Source of the DNA: Euglena gracilis
Taxonomy: Eukaryota
Assembly (NCBI GenBank): GCA_039621445.1
Contig: CP154954.1
Span: forward strand, 41,967,572-42,031,571
Reading direction: 5' to 3'
Length of the DNA stretch: 64,000 nucleotides
A model generated the notes under the pieces. That model saw only the letters and a program-made list of their open reading frames with translations. It had not been told where the DNA came from and made no database searches. Positions 44,401 through 59,443 of this stretch are shown one piece after another; the stretch's first letter is position 1, and each line of letters begins with the position of its first letter. The position numbers were made by a program, and so were the translations under genes.

Positions 44401-47400
44401 ATTACCTACCTAGTCGCCGACCACCCTCCACCCCACCAGTCTGCGCCATTGCGCAATGAGGGGAATACTCATTCTGGGGGGGGGGGGTTGGCAATTTGAT
44501 TTTGACTTTTCCGCTTTAATGCTGAGTTGGTTTTTGAAAAATTGCCTGGCATCCTTGCTGAAACCAAATTCTTTCAGCAGGGGAAATTGTGTGCCGGAAA
44601 TATTTCCGGCCCTGTTAGGGAGGGTTTCTTGTGCGAACCATAGGCTGTGTGGGGATTTTGGGGGGATCGTTGCCTGCGTTCATGGTGCTCGTGGGGCGAT
44701 TTCCTGAGAGCGGCCACTTGGAGGGGGAGGCCAGCAAACTGACTGTCCACTGAGAGAAACCTTTCACTGAGAAAAACCTACTGCTTTTTGAACAACCTCC
44801 AAAAAATTCTGTTTGATGGTATTCCATTGTACAACACTTCCTTTTTGGGGGGAGATGGTGATGCGATGTTTTCATTCATTCCAGGTTTGATTTCAGACTG
44901 GTGGCCACAATCAATGGCACTTGTCCCTATCAAAGTTTGGGATACTGGGGTGTTTGTATTTCACATTGAAGATACCTTTCATTTTGATTTAATTAATGTA
45001 ATTTTCATTAAATATTTCCTTTCATTTTTGTTCATATTATTTTAACAGAAAAAATGCGTGCGGTGTCAGCAGCAACAATGCAGCGACAACGACAACGGGC
45101 CTGGACCTTTGGGGCATGAATTCCTGAAAGTTGGCAACCAGGATGAATTCAAACAACCCAGGGGAGGGGGTCTCAGCCGTGAACCAAAAAAACCAAAAAA
45201 AAGCCAAAAATGGGCTTTTCTTGGCTTCTGGCAGACCCACCCGCCATCCACCAAGGCACCACGCAAAGAAAAATTCCTTCCAAAGGCGCCGAAGGAAAAC
45301 TTTGACCTAAAAATTGGCGCCTCCAAAAACACAGGAAGGGGTGGTGGAGGGTCGACCCCCACCCACCACACATGGTGTGGTGCCTTGGGCTCCGGAAAGG
45401 CCTTGGCCGAGTGCCCAAGCACTTTTGGCCATGTGCCCCTCAGAAAACCACTCAACTACCTTACCCATTGTTGGCCTCTCATCCATGGGGGAAAAAAACA
45501 GGGAACCAAACAGCCCCCCCCCCCAAAGGCCCATGTCATGTGGTGTTGCGTTGTGGATGCGGATCACTTGCCAAGGCCAGGCGGGCTGTTGGAATCAACC
45601 ACATTGGGGGGGGGGGGCAGCATCAACCCTTCCCCCATTTTGAACCCCTGGGCATGAAACGCCCGTTTGCTTGAGCGGTCGAAGGGGTGGGGTTGACAAA
45701 AGAACCGCCCTCGGGGCGGTTTTTGGGCATTGTGGCAAAAAAAACCAAATCCTGTCGCATATTTGGGGAGGGGGCGACCAATGCTCCGAAAATGCAATAA
45801 TCGATGAACTTTGGGCTCAGGTTTCAACCCACCAGACCACCTTCACCCCCTCTAAAAATGGCTGTCCCACAAGAACATAAACCCCCCTCCCAAATAACCC
45901 CCCTCCCAAATAACACCCCACCCAAATAACACACCCCCCTCGGGGGCCGATTTCGAGCGCCCAAATAACACACCCCCCTGTTTTCGTTTGGTTTTCCATG
46001 AAAAAAATAACACCTCCCAAATAACACCCCCCCCCCTGGGGGCCCATCAAAAGCCCCAGAGAATATGCTCGCAACGTGCACAAACACACACACACACACA
46101 CACACACCACCCACCCACCCACCCACCCACACACACACAACTGCATTGGCAATCCAAAAGCCCAGCCCTGGCCCAGATGGCTGTCAGCAGCTGGGGTCTA
46201 TCAATGTGGGCTGCATTGGCCCCAGCCAAAACCAAGGGGATATGTTGACCACAACAAGATAATTGTGGGGGTCATTCAATCGGAGGGGATTGGGGTTGGG
46301 GGTTCAATCCCAACAACGGTTTTTAAACTCTGCTCACACACTGGCGCTCTGACACTGCATCCACCCCACACCTTCGCCACTCACCCCATGGCCAGGCCAC
46401 CTGGGTGTTGCATGGTGCCGCTGTCGCCGCCATCAAAAAACAACGCAACTGCATCCATCTCCCCATGGCCAGCAGGTCTGGGGGCCACCCCCGCACATGG
46501 CTAACCTCTCGGCACTGCACTGGACCGGGGGGGGGGGGGCTTCACACGCACCCCTGCCACAGCAGTGCCGAGGGCAGCACGGACCGAATGCGGCGGAACG
46601 CAACGGTCCCTGTGAGAAAGCAACGCAAAGAATGCAATTCTGAAAGGTTCAAATATAAAATTCGTCAGGAGCTCCCAGAGGAACCCTGGGCTCCAGCATG
46701 AACCCCACTGAACCCCCCCCCCGCACTGGTGGGTGGGTGGGCCATCCCAAGGGTCTTGAAAGGCCTGGCTTTAAGCGGGAGGGAGCTGTTGTTTTCTATT
46801 GAAACGGGGGGGGGGGCGGCTAGGGGCAGGCACCCCATAGCACCTCATCCCTGACCCCCCCAGGGGGGGTCGGGGTTTTGGGGGTGCCTGCCCATGGACG
46901 CCCCCCCTCTCTGACCCCCGCACCGAAGGCACCGGGGGCCTGGAAAAGGCCATTTTCAATGAAAATTTTCTGGGTGTGCCTGCAGGCAGGCAGGCAGGCA
47001 GGCACCCTACAGCACCCCCCCCCCCCGGTGGGTTGAAAAAAGCCTGGGCCTGAGTATGGGTTTCGCGGCGAAGCTCCAAAAACGTTTTTGGGAAATGGCC
47101 TCAGACGCCCGATTTTTGTGGGGTCCCCCAGGGGGTCCAGCCCTGGTCTTGTGACTTAAAAAGAAGCCTGGCGGGACACTTTTCTGCTGGAGAGGACATA
47201 AAAACGTTGACCTCCTCTGAAAAATTACTACGCTTTGCGCGAGGTTGGTTTGCTGGATGTTTTTTGGAGGTTTGTTGGATGAACAAAAAAATGTCTACCA
47301 AAAAAATGCCACACCAAAACAAGATGCACATTTGCAAATTGCCATGGTTGGTTTACCCAATAAAAAATTATATCATTATTCAATACTGTAATTGTGTTGT

Positions 47401-50219
47401 ATGCACATGTTTGTCCAAAACACACTCCAAGGGAAATTCAGGGGGTAAGAGGGCCAAAAAAGTCTTATTTTGGGGGTAAACCGGTTGACATGAGGGGGAA
47501 AATGATTTCTGGTTTTGTTGCACCATCGTGAAGACTGCCAAACCCTCAAAAAATGGGTTCTGCAAATACGACCCCATTCGAAACCCAATTCAGCCTTTTG
47601 CCAGCCCTTGGGCAGGTGAGAGATCCCAAAGCAGAGGACCTTGATGAGAAAAAAAGGAAAAATCCAACCCACTCTGAACAACCCAATCCCATCTTATTCC
47701 TTTCAAATTATGGACCAGAGTGCACTGCCAACACATAATTCGGGATTCACATTCCAGAAGACCACCCCTCCAAAGACGGCATCGCCACACCTGCAACGCA
47801 ACCGTTCTTTGGTTGCAGGTGCTGCACCGGGAACGCCTGGAAGACCTTCCCAATTCCCAGGGGCTTGGCACCTTGCTGGCGAAAGAAGAGCATGTCCTGC
47901 CCCCAGGGCAGAACGGGAAGGCCTGGTGGGGGGGTCGACCTCCCCCACCCACCACAGCATTTTCACCGATTTCGGGAAAACGGGGATTTCGGCCAGAAAA
48001 AAAATTGAAAATCTTTTTGAAAAATGACCCCAAAACACATGATTGTTTGATGGAAAACCACATTTTTAATCACAAAAAATCTCAAAAAATTCAGGGTTAA
48101 AAATTGGTAAACCCCCCCAAATAACCCCCCGGTGTGTTATTTGCGCACCCGAACTGGGGCCCCAGGGGGGGGGGGTGTTATTTGGGGGTGTCATTTGGGG
48201 GGGGGGGTAGTTTTTAGGAGGGGATGAAAAAAACAAAGGTCAAAAAAAAGTGGACCAAATTCTGAAAAAACCTCTCAAAATCAAAATTTTGAGAAAATGT
48301 TGAATTTTTGGAAGTTGTGAAAAAATGGGGTTTTGGGTGGTTTTTGGGGGATGGGTCCCCAAAACCATCCCCCTATATGTCCAATATATGTCCTATATGG
48401 GTCCCAAAAATGGGTCACAAAAACACCCGGCGCCGAAAAAAATTTTTCGGGTCCAAAAATTGGTGCTATCGGAAATACAGGAAGAGGTGGTGGGGGGGGG
48501 GTTCGACCCCCCCCCCACCCACCACCCTGGCTGTTCGGCCGATCTGCCCTGCCTGCCCCTATTCCATCTCCGCCGCGTCACCTGGGAATGGGGGGATGGA
48601 TGTGGGAACACCCGCGACGGGATGAGGTTTTCCCCCCCGGTCCAGCCCGCTTTGCGGGTTTTGGCCCCAACGGAGTATTTCAGCGGATGCTGAGGGTGGG
48701 TCCACAGCCCGGTTGGGGGCTCCTGGCTGGAAATAATGCAGGCATGCTTGGCTGGACCCCCCCCCTTTGGGAAATGGAATGGAGGGGGCGAATGCGGGAA
48801 CCCGTGTGAACGGGGGATGGAGGGACACCACAACCAAAACCGCATGCAAATACGTGCAAATGACCCCCCCGCTCCATTGCCAACCATTCCTAACCTCTCA
48901 AAAAAGGAAATCGGCCATTTTGTTGAAATGCAGTTGCTGCTTGTGAATTCAGGGGTTGGGGGGTGCTCGCTCTAGCCACACAAAAAAAAACAATTGACTC
49001 TGGCCATTTTTTCTGAGAAATATTCTGTGCTCTGTGTCCTTCTCAGCCTGTTCTTGGTGCAGTCCCAATCCGCGGGGGGTCAATGGGGGCAGATCAGACC
49101 CCTCTGAACTTTTCCAGCATGCAACACCAGAAATTGGGGGGGGGGATAAAAATACCCAAAATCGTGTTTTCATGCAGATAATTTTGAAACCCGGTGAAAA
49201 ACATACACCAGAAAATTCATCTTCCCAACCAAATCCCAAATGAAACGGCGGAGAATTTTTTTTGGTGCCAAGGGGTGCTTCAATTTAAAAGTAGGGGGGG
49301 GGCAGCTAAACAGTGGGACGGTCCGGTTTGGGTGTAGATTTCGGCCCGGAGCAAAATGCTGGGCGGAAAACTTCTGCCCCCCCCAGCGGTCAAAAATAGG
49401 GAATTTTGGGCAAAAATTTGCTCTGTCAAAGAGCAGAAGGAAAGCTCTGAACATTTTGGGGCGGTCCAGCACCGGGGTCGGTCCACACCAGGAGTTTTTT
49501 AAAAGACCGGGGGTCCGCCCCACCCATCCAACCCCCCGCGAGGGGCACCTCAGGGGTCCAGGGGGACCCACCCACTCCCCCCCCCCAAATGGCCGATGAT
49601 CGCGAAAATGCTAAAATAGCACCTTTTTCAAGTATTATCCCCTGGGGGATTGGGAGGGGGGGGGCTCGGTCCCTCGCTTGGTCCAATACTAAAAAAAAAC
49701 CCTGGACATCTCCCCACACAAACCCCGAACACCCTCCTTATATCGAAACACCCCATATCAAGTGGGGACAAAAGGGGAGTCAAACCATAATCTCACGTGT
49801 GACCCCCCCCACCCGAGGGGAGACTGTTTCCCAGGTCCTGACCCAACCGCATTTTTCAAAAAAAACCCACGCCGCCGGACACCCCCCTTCAGAGCCTTCT
49901 GAGCCGCCCCACCCACCAAAAAGCACCGAAAATTGGTGGACCGGAACCCCACCCCTTGAACGGATGAAAAATGCTTAAAGCAAACCGCTTGTGAGAGGGA
50001 GCGCATCATTTCCCTTTTGGAGGAGGTGCCCCCATCTCTCCGCTGGGCCAACACAACTGCAGTGTGGCACACACCTCTGCTGCCACCTGCCACCACCGCC
50101 ACAGCCACCGCTTCTTGCCGCCGCAGCTGCCATCTGGTGACCTCTCAGTAAGCCTCGATACAGCAAAACACTGAACCTCTCCATCCATGTGTTTGTGTGT
50201 GCTTCCGTGTCTGGGGTGG

Positions 50220-53200
50220 CCCGTTCCAGAGTGGGGGGGATTGGGGCTTTCCCCGGGAGGGGGGCTTTCTCTGGGACGGGGTGGTTTCTGTGTTGGGTTT
50301 GCCCTGGCCCAGTGCTGGCCGCCACCAAGCATCAGCACCCATGGGGGTGTATGAGTCAGTGGGATCAGGACACACGCGACGGCCAGGCGCCTATAGTCCA
50401 GCCCGAACCCTCACACAGGTGGCAAAAGGCCTGCTGGCCATTGCAGGTGTGCAGCCGCGGACCCAGTTGGTCCAAGAAACATGGCAGGACCACAACAGGC
50501 CCAGGGCAGGTCGCAAGCAAGAGCACAGGAGTTCCAAGCAAAGCAGATGAAGCACAATGGGGGAGCACGTTAGACAGCCCCAGCGAGCTGCAGCACCAAA
50601 GCAAAGGTGCAGCAAGACAGCAAACAGAGGCCTAGTCGGCATGTGCGGCCTACGGAGGAAAGAGGTCGGGGGCAGCCAAAGGATGGCGGTAAGGGGGGCC
50701 AAATGGCCAAAGCACCGACCTGGCCATGAGCGACCATCACACCGGATCTCACCGAACCCCTTTCCCGTCCCCTGCTGGCCTCCGACTATAAGTGCCTGGC
50801 AGGGTCATCATGTGCCTGGTGGCGGCCGCACATGGGCCGGCGGGACCCCGTGCTCTGCGGGTCAGGGGGGGGGGGAATACAACGGGCAGCAAAAAGCATT
50901 GCTCTCTGCATTTGCCTGCCGTGCACTGCCGGCCACGGTTTTGCACGGGCTTCCATTTTCCAAGAAATCAACTGGGGGGAGGTGAAGGAAAATTTCCCGA
51001 GATTGCCCCGTTGCTTTCGGCCTTTCAGCCCCCCCCCCGCACAAAAAAAATCGGGAGCACAGTGCCTGTCATTCGTGTTCATCCAAGGCGGGTTGTGGGT
51101 TGGATTGCGAAACCATTCGCACCACCAAAAAAAAACAAGTGGCCAGGCAGACCGCCGCGCTGGCACTGGCCTCCTTCCCCGCCGCACTGCCGGCCCGCCG
51201 CGCCGTCCCGGTGCTCCGGCGGCGGCGAAGTCTGGTCTGGGCCGACAGCATCCCGGGGACGTCCTCGCCCTGCACACCAATGAGAGATGCACACAAAAAT
51301 GACAAAAAAACACAAAAACCCCGCAAAAAATGCACTTGCCCCTGCAAAATGACAATTATGCAAAAACACAATTTCACCTTGCCAGCCCATTTTGGCCCAT
51401 TTTTTTGCACCTCCGAAAGCAAAGCGCTTGAAAACAATAAAACTTGCTTGATGGGCAAGGTCATGCAGGCATTTAATAAATCTACGGCCCTACCACTCCT
51501 ATGGCCAACCAGAGGAGGCTGACAATCTTGAGCTGGCTGGGGGGATAAAAAACTGCCACCTGGTCCCCAACCTGCGCCTGACCAGGGGTCGAACCGGGCA
51601 CCAGGGAACCCCGAAACCGCAAAAAGTGCACCAAAAACACTGCCAGAAATTTTAAACGACGGACCCGTTCCCACCCGTTTTCGGCCCATTTTTTTGCATT
51701 TCCAAAAGCAAAAAAATCCGGGGGGACGGAGACGGGGTCCACTTCGGCTGAAACGATACAATCAGTCACCCGGGGAAAGAGCGGCACCGCCCCCATGGAC
51801 CCCCACCTCACCCAGCAACCCACCTCACCTGCAAACGGCAGCCTCTGACAGGTGGGACCCCGGTCACTACACCCCCGCCATATCCTCGCCATTGCTTTCT
51901 CAGTGGGAGGCCCATCATTTCCCAGGGAGGAGGGGCCCCCATCTTACACCTCGCACATGGCAGAGAGGAGCACACCTCTCGCGCTCGTACTGCCATCCGC
52001 CTCTGCCGCCGCAGCCACCGCTTCCGGCAGCCGCCGCTGTCATCTGGCCACCGATTTTTTTTGAAGACAAATGCGGCCGCATCTAAGTAAACCCCCCCCC
52101 AAATAACACCCCCCCCGGTGTGTTATTTGGGCACCGAACTGGGGCCCCAAGGGGGGGGGTGTTATTTGGGGGGGAGTGCTATTTTTACATGCAAAACCAA
52201 AGGAAAACAGGGGGTGTGTGTTATTTGCGCGCTCGAATTCGGCCCCCAAGGGGGGTGCGTTACTTGGGGAGGGGTTATTTGGGGGGGGGTGCTATTTGGG
52301 AGGGGGGTTAAAGCAAAACACTGAATTTCCATCCGCCCGTTCCAGAATGGGGGGGATTGGGGCTTTCCCCGGGAGGGGGGCCGGGGCCGGAGGTGGTTTC
52401 TGGGACCGGGACTGTGCTGGGTTTGCCCGGGCCCAGTGCTGGCCGCCACCAAGCATCAGCACCCATGGGGGTGTATGAGTCAGTGGGATCAGGACACACG
52501 CGACGGCCAGGCGCCTATAGTCCAGCCCGAACCCTCACACAGGTGGCAGAAGGCCTGCTGGCCATTGCAGGTGTGCAGCCGCGGACCCAGTTGGTCCAAG
52601 AAACATGACAGGACCACAACAGGCCCAGGGCAGGTCGCAAGCAAGAGCACAGGAGTTCCAAGCAAAGCAGATGAAGCACAATGGGGGAGCACGTTAGACA
52701 GCCCCAGCGAGCTGCAGCACCAAAGCAAAGGTGCAGCAAGACAGCAAACAGAGGCCTAGTCGGCTTGTGCGGCCTACGGAGGAAAGAGGTCGGGGGCAGC
52801 CGAAGGATGGCGGCAAGGGGGGCCAAATGGCCAAAGCACCGACCTGGCCATGAGCGACCATCACACCGGATCTCACCGAACCCCTTTCCCGTCCCCTGCT
52901 GGCCTCCAACTATAAGTGCCTGGCAGGGTCATCATGTGCCTGGTGGCGGCCGCACATGGGCCGGCGGGACCCCGTGCTCTGCGGGTCAGGAGGGGGGGGG
53001 AATACAACGGGCAGCAAAAAGCATTGCTCTCTGCATTTGCCTGCCGTGCACTGCCGGCCACAGTTTTGCACGGGCTTCGGTTTTCCAAGAAATCAACTGG
53101 GGGGAGGTGAAGGAAAATTTCCCGAGATTGCCCCGTTGCTTTCGGCCTTTCAGCCCCCCCCCCCCCGCACAAAAAAAATCGGGAGCACAGTGCCTGTCAT

Positions 53201-53410
53201 TCGTGTTCATCCAAGGCGGGTTTGTGGGTTGGATTGCGAAACCATTCGCACCACCAAAAAAACAAGTGGCCAGGCAGACCGCCACGCTGGCACTGGCCTC
53301 CTTCCCGCACGCACTGCCGGCCCGCCGCGCCGTCCCGGTGCTCCGTCGGCGGCGAAGTCTGGTCTGGGCCGCCAGCATCCCGGGACGTCCTCACCCTGCA
53401 CACCAATGAG
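50220..53410. repeat. Local direct duplication of ~1.07 kb (50220-51290 and 52337-53410)
   Basis: The two copies are near-identical and give matching ORF translations. 49995-50140 also resembles 51905-52050. Confidence 0.92.
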
Positions 53411-53917
53411 AGGGGGGGGGATTGGGGGAGGGAGGGGGGGGGGCGGTGAGCGTCCTGGGGTGTCTCGTCCGCTGCCCAGAAAAAAAAAAAAAAAAAAGAC
53501 CAACCCTACCATAAAATAAATTAAAATAAAATAAAACAAAATAGAAAAAAAGAAAGCCACTGGCTGGCTGCCCTTGACGGGGTTCCAGGCAGGCTTCTGC
53601 TGATGGCGTCTTGTGGAGACACCGGAGAAAGCAACCATCTAGAGCTAAACCCTCCCCCTGTGGGGGGTCCGGTCCAGGGGTATCTCCGACTGGAAAATAT
53701 CAAAACAATACCATTCAAAAATCCCTGATATTGATTTGAAAATATACAAAACTGTATCCTTCACTTATTCTGCAACAGGAAATCCCCAAAGCCCCTCCTC
53801 AGAGAGCACGACAAAAAACAAACAGCAGAGCTCTTTGACAATGACAAAAAAATACAAAAGCTACCAAAGCGATTGGGGGCACATTTCTCTGTGTGTTCCA
53901 CGCCCATGGGTGAATGC

Positions 53918-53938
53918 ATGTGTGTGTGTGTGTGTGTC

Positions 53939-53973
<35 letters not shown>

Positions 53974-54031
53974 GTGTGTGTGTATGTGTATGTGTGTGCG
54001 GGTGTGTGTGCGGGTGTGTGTGTGTGTGTGT
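53918..54031. repeat. (GT)n microsatellite
   Basis: Seen directly. Confidence 0.95.
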
Positions 54032-56125
54032 AGGGGGGGGGGTCCGGGGCTGGAGGGGGCTGGGCTGGGCTGGGTCGATGAAAAACAAAATTTTCTAATA
54101 CATTTTTGCCATTTTCGACATTTTGATGAATGGAGCTTGGTCAAGGCTGGGGGGCTGTGACTGGGAAGCTGTGATGAGGGGAATAAATGCTGGCATAGGT
54201 GAGCTGGGCAGCCCAATTTGCTGGCCGGCCCGGCCTCCGGCCGGGGTGGACCCGACTTTATTTCACTCGACCCCCAGGGCGGGGCTCCCAGCCCGAATTT
54301 GGGCTTCTGGCTGGCTGGACCCCCCCCCCCCCGTGTGTGCACTGTGACCCCCCCCCCGGGGGGCCCTCCGGCTTAAGAAAACCCCTGATTGGGGGGGGTG
54401 TCGACCGCCCCTCCTCTGGGGGGTGTCGACCTCCCCTCCTCTTACAACCCACCGCGTTTCGGGGATTCTCGTGAAACCGTGTGGGGGGGGGGGGTTGGGC
54501 CAAAAAAAAACAACCGTTTGTTGGCAGACACAATCCCCTGGGTGCAGGGGGGTCGCCAATATGTTTTGGATCCTTGCTGGGAATTTTTCGACAATGCAAA
54601 ACTCCTCGGTTTGCCCCCGATCATCCCCCGATGCGGAAAATTTTGTCAATTTTGCTTTTTTGGGTCAAGAGAATGCTTATTTTTAGGCAAAAAAACAGGC
54701 AAAAAATTTTGGTATCAAATTTTCTGTATTGGGGAAATGGGGGCCAAGAAAACGAGGAATTTTGACAATCAAAAATTTTTCCCAGCAAAAAAATGCAAAA
54801 TTGCTGGGGGGGAAAAGGTGCAAAAAGGGCAAATTTTGCCAAACCAAGTGGCCAAAATGACCGACCCCAGGGGTAGGACCCCCCCAGCAGGGGGGAGAGG
54901 GGAACGCAATCTGGACCCTCAAAAAGTGCGACGCAAAAAAATCTAAAAAAAATCCCACAAAGGTAAGGAAACAAAGAACACAAAAAAACGCACACGCCCA
55001 AACACCCACCCACACGCGCGCACCTCATCTTCACCGTCGCGGCTGGGCGTATGCTGCTCCGGCCTGCCCGCCTCCGCCACTCTGCCGGCGGCTGCGGCGG
55101 GGCTGCCTTCTGGCAACCCCGGTGTTGCCCATCCCAGAGTGGAACGCATTGGTGCCGGTTTTCTCTGTGAACGGCTTCGGACCTCCTTTCAACCCATGCT
55201 GCCCCCACCAAATTGGACGGCCAAACCTTTGGTTGGCCGTCTGAAAAAAAGGCCCACCCAGACTAAACACACAGCCACCACTGAGAGCTCCTTTCCCACT
55301 GGGGACTGGGTTCTGATAGAACGAACTTTTTTTTGTTGTGGAAACGCATTGCCGCAAAAAAAGATAAAAAATATTCGGCGACCGTCAATGCAGCCGACAT
55401 TGTCTGCCCTGGCCCAATGCCACCCACCACCAAACATCAGGAGACACATCAACATTGGTCAGTGGATCAAATCAAATGCATGGCATGGCGAGGCACTTAT
55501 CATCCAATGCCTGAACCTAAACCTCATACAGTGGCCTTGTTTCTGGCACGACCCAAGAAACAAACAGGGTGGCCAAAAAAACAGGCACAAGATGTGAGGA
55601 GCAGATAAAGCATCGGTGGAACACCCAAGCTGGCCGAAGCACACCTTTTGGCTACCTTTGCAGCCAAAATATGGTGAGCAGGGCCCAATGCGGCCAAGGT
55701 GGCCGCTGCGGAGCGGAAAGAGGTCCAAAGCAGCCAAAGCTGAACCACAGCAAGTGCAGAGCCAAAGCCCTCAAGACAGGTCCAAGGTGGCAAAACTGCT
55801 TCAAAGCGGCTGAAGCGCTGCAGAACGACACAAGACCGTGTCAAAAGGAGGCGGCCAGAGTGACCAAAAGAAGAAGGGCAGAACGAGCAAAGCGGCTGGT
55901 GGAAAGCAGGCCATGAACACGGCCAGAAGCAGTTAGCCAGCGGCCACCACTAACCACCTTTCCCCCATTGTCTGGCTTGGGATTATAAATGTCTCGCCGG
56001 GATATCATGTGTCTGGTGGTGGGGCGGCATATGGGCAGGCTGCAACCCCGCCCATATGGGGAAAATCAAAGATCTTCTCAAAACTTGACAGAACTGAATG
56101 CCCCCCCCCCCAGTGTTGTGTTTGG

Positions 56126-56130
<5 letters not shown>

Positions 56131-56207
<77 letters not shown>

Positions 56208-56307
56208 GTTTTTTTTTTTTTTGTTTGTTTTTTGTTATTTGAGCCCCCTTACCGCTTCTCCCTGATACAACATTAAATAAAAATAATAAAAAAAAAAAAA
56301 AAAAAAA
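56131..56307. repeat. Poly-T tract followed by a poly-A tract
   Basis: Seen directly. Confidence 0.9.
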
Positions 56308-59300
56308 ATTAAATATAAACAATTCTTAGGTGGGATTCTGGGTTTTACCCAAAAATCTTCTCTCTTCTTCTTTCTTCTCCCTGAACACTCCACCAAGCCT
56401 GAGCCTTTAGTCGGGGGCACCTGCCCGGAGGGCATCGGTGGGATGGGACAAACTGAGGGATCGGTGTGCCCCCCCCCCCTGCACCTTGGTGACAAATTAA
56501 CCGCCTGACCCACCGTGGCCCTCACCACACCTCAGCAAATCAAACCAATCCTACAACGATGGGGACGCCAGGTGCGAAGCAAGCGGGAGGCACTGTTGCT
56601 CCTGCGCTCCTGTTGCTGCTGCTGCTGCCGCCGCCTGCCTTCAGTGCCCCTTGGCAACATACCCCACTGGGGAAAACCGCCAACCCTGGTGGACTGCATG
56701 TGTCATGCGTTGGACGTTGAACCTTCATTGTGCGTGAGTGTGTGTGTGCGTGAGTGTGCGAGCGTTCTCCGAAAACGTGCACATCTGCATGTCTGTGGAT
56801 TGTATGGCCACCTGAGGGAGGCAACAACACAAACAATGACCCTTCAGTGACCCCTGCTCACACCACGCTGGGGTTGAGGTGGGGGTAAAATGTGCTTCCA
56901 TTCCACCATCATATGCCCCCCACACACGTGTCCATCGCAAGCGTTCAGTGCACACTCCTGGGGGTGCGTACGGAAATCCAGAAACGGTGAGCTGCCGCGG
57001 GGGGGGGGGGGGGGAGGGGAGCAGGGGGCACTGAATTGGCGGGTGGGGAACGGGTCCTCGGTCGGCGATGGCAGCTGCAGCAGCACCATGGCTCCGAGGT
57101 GGACTGGAGGTGGTTGCTGAGTGCCAGGCCGGCCTGAATGCACCGAGGGGGAAAAAACAAAACAAAATTCGTAAAAAAAAGCTCTCGCCGTGACGCAGGG
57201 GAGATGGGCATCCGCAAATCCAAGGCCCCAGCGAGAGCCCAAGTCCGGCCATACATGATCCCCCTGGGTCACGAAACTCAAAAAAAAACTCTGGGCTCTG
57301 GGCTGAATTTGACTGTGGGGGGAGGGGGGGGTGGCAAAATTGCCTCAATGCCAGGAAAAGGGGGGGTGCCAAAAAAAACGCAAACAGCCCCCGGGACCAG
57401 GTCAGTGGTTCCCCACCCCCAAAAACTCCATTTACACCAGAACAACCACCTCGAAGAGAAAAATTTGGCAAATTTTAGGTATACCCAACTGACCTGGTCC
57501 CGGGAGCTGGTGGCACATTTTTGCCCCCCCCCGTTTCCTGGCATTGAGGCAACCTCGCCCCGAAAATCATGCCCCGCGCCCCGATTTTTACTGATGAAAT
57601 TGCCAAAATTTCGCCATTCCGAGGTTGTTGAGCAGTTGAGCAGTTGCTATGAATCTGCAGAAGGTGCGGAAAGAGCGTCACATGCACAGGGGGGTGGTTC
57701 GGGTCACGGGGGGGGGGGGGGACACCACATTTTCGGTTGCCCAATTCACCGAACCCAAGGTATGGGAAAATGATTTCCATAAATTAGAAATACCCGCTGC
57801 TGAAATTCAGTTTTGACACCGAATTAGGAACCGGCTGGGGAAATGGTGCTGCCTGGACCCCCTCCCCCCCCCAGGGGGTGGCAGGGATGATCAATTAACC
57901 GCCAAAGCGGGGACCAAGCACTGGGGGTCCCAGATTGATTAACCAAACTTCTCAAGGCAAACCCACATCATTGCGCCCCAGCCCGCCCCGGTTTGTACCG
58001 AAAAGCCATGAAGCCGGGGCCCCTAATACCCTAATCATACATCTCTTTAAGGACCCCGGGGAGGGGGGGTTGCTGGGCTAGGGCTAGAAATTTGGGCTGG
58101 CTAGCCCGCCCCCCCCCCGGGGGGGGGGGGCTGGGCCCTGGCTGGACCCGAACCGGGGCGAGCTGGACTGAAATCGGAAAAATGCCCAAAAATGACCCGC
58201 AAAACACAGTTTTGAAAAAATGATGCATCTGAAACCCCCAAAAAATGCCCCAAACGCCCCCCAAACCCCATTTTTGGCCACTTTTGAACACAATTAAATT
58301 TCGGCGCTTTGCGCCGAAAAATTTTGGGCTGGACCCCCAAAAAGGGGCTGGCTAGCTAGGGCTAGCAGCACCCCCCCCCCCCCGGGAGGGGGCTGCTGCG
58401 GCTGGGCTGGGCCCAAATCGGGGCTGGCTGCAGCCGCCCCCCCGGGGGGGGGGTCGCAAAACCTTAGAGAGATGTATGACCCTGATACCCAACAACTGGG
58501 TCCCATACCCTGGTTCGGATGTGAAACCAGGCACCCCTCAGGCAGCTGTCAAGGTGCTATTTCGCTATCTGACCCTAACCCTAACCCTACTCCTTCAATG
58601 ACGACTGAGAAAAAATTCAGTGTCAGCGGGATAGTGAAACAGAACCCCTCTCGAACGCCCTCGCTTGGAATTTTGCCATTTCGACCCAAGATTTTCCCCA
58701 TGAGGAAATGCCCCGGGACCCCTCCCCAAAACCTATTACTTCCCCAACCACTGGTTGCCCCCCCCCCCGAATAACAAAATTTTGGCAATCTTCAGGAATA
58801 AACTGGGAGGGGGGGGTTTCGGGGCCAGATTGCCTCGATGCCAGGAACTGGAGGGTGCCAAAAAAGTGGAACCAGCCCCCAGGACCAGGTCAGTGGGGTT
58901 CCCCACCCCCGAAAAACCCCATCAACACCAGAACAACCACCACTCAATTTGGGGTACCCGAATGACAAAATTTTGGCATTTTTGGGCATAATTCCGGGTG
59001 GGGCCCTTGCCCTGCAGTGCCTGGCCCAGCAGGCACTATGCCCCCAGGGAGGTTGCTGCCTGCCTGGTTGTGGGCTAAAATATGGGCTGCATTCGGTGTC
59101 AGAATTTTCAGCAGTGTAAGGGTGGTGCTGATGGGGTTTTTGGGTTTGGGGAACCCAACTGACTCCCAACTTTTTTTGGCACCCCCTTTTCCTGGCATCG
59201 GGGCAACCTTGCCCCGAAAATCTCGCCCCCCGGGGTCCAAGACTAAAAGAACTCCTGACAGCAAAACAACAAAGAGGCACTCTGGAGATAAAAAACCAGT

Positions 59301-59443
59301 CAGTCCTCCGACAGCAAAAAAGTGAACCCAGCAATGGGGCTGGCTAACTGGAATTCCCCCCCCCGCCCTCCTAATGAAATTAGAGCCCTTGACAGCATAA
59401 CAGCATTGCCACACCTCGGAGAAGAACCGTCCTTTGGGTGCGG

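Noticed and set aside
55380-56060. Possible decayed reverse transcriptase related to the 50300-50830 block
   Set aside because: Only vague similarity and no convincing catalytic motif.
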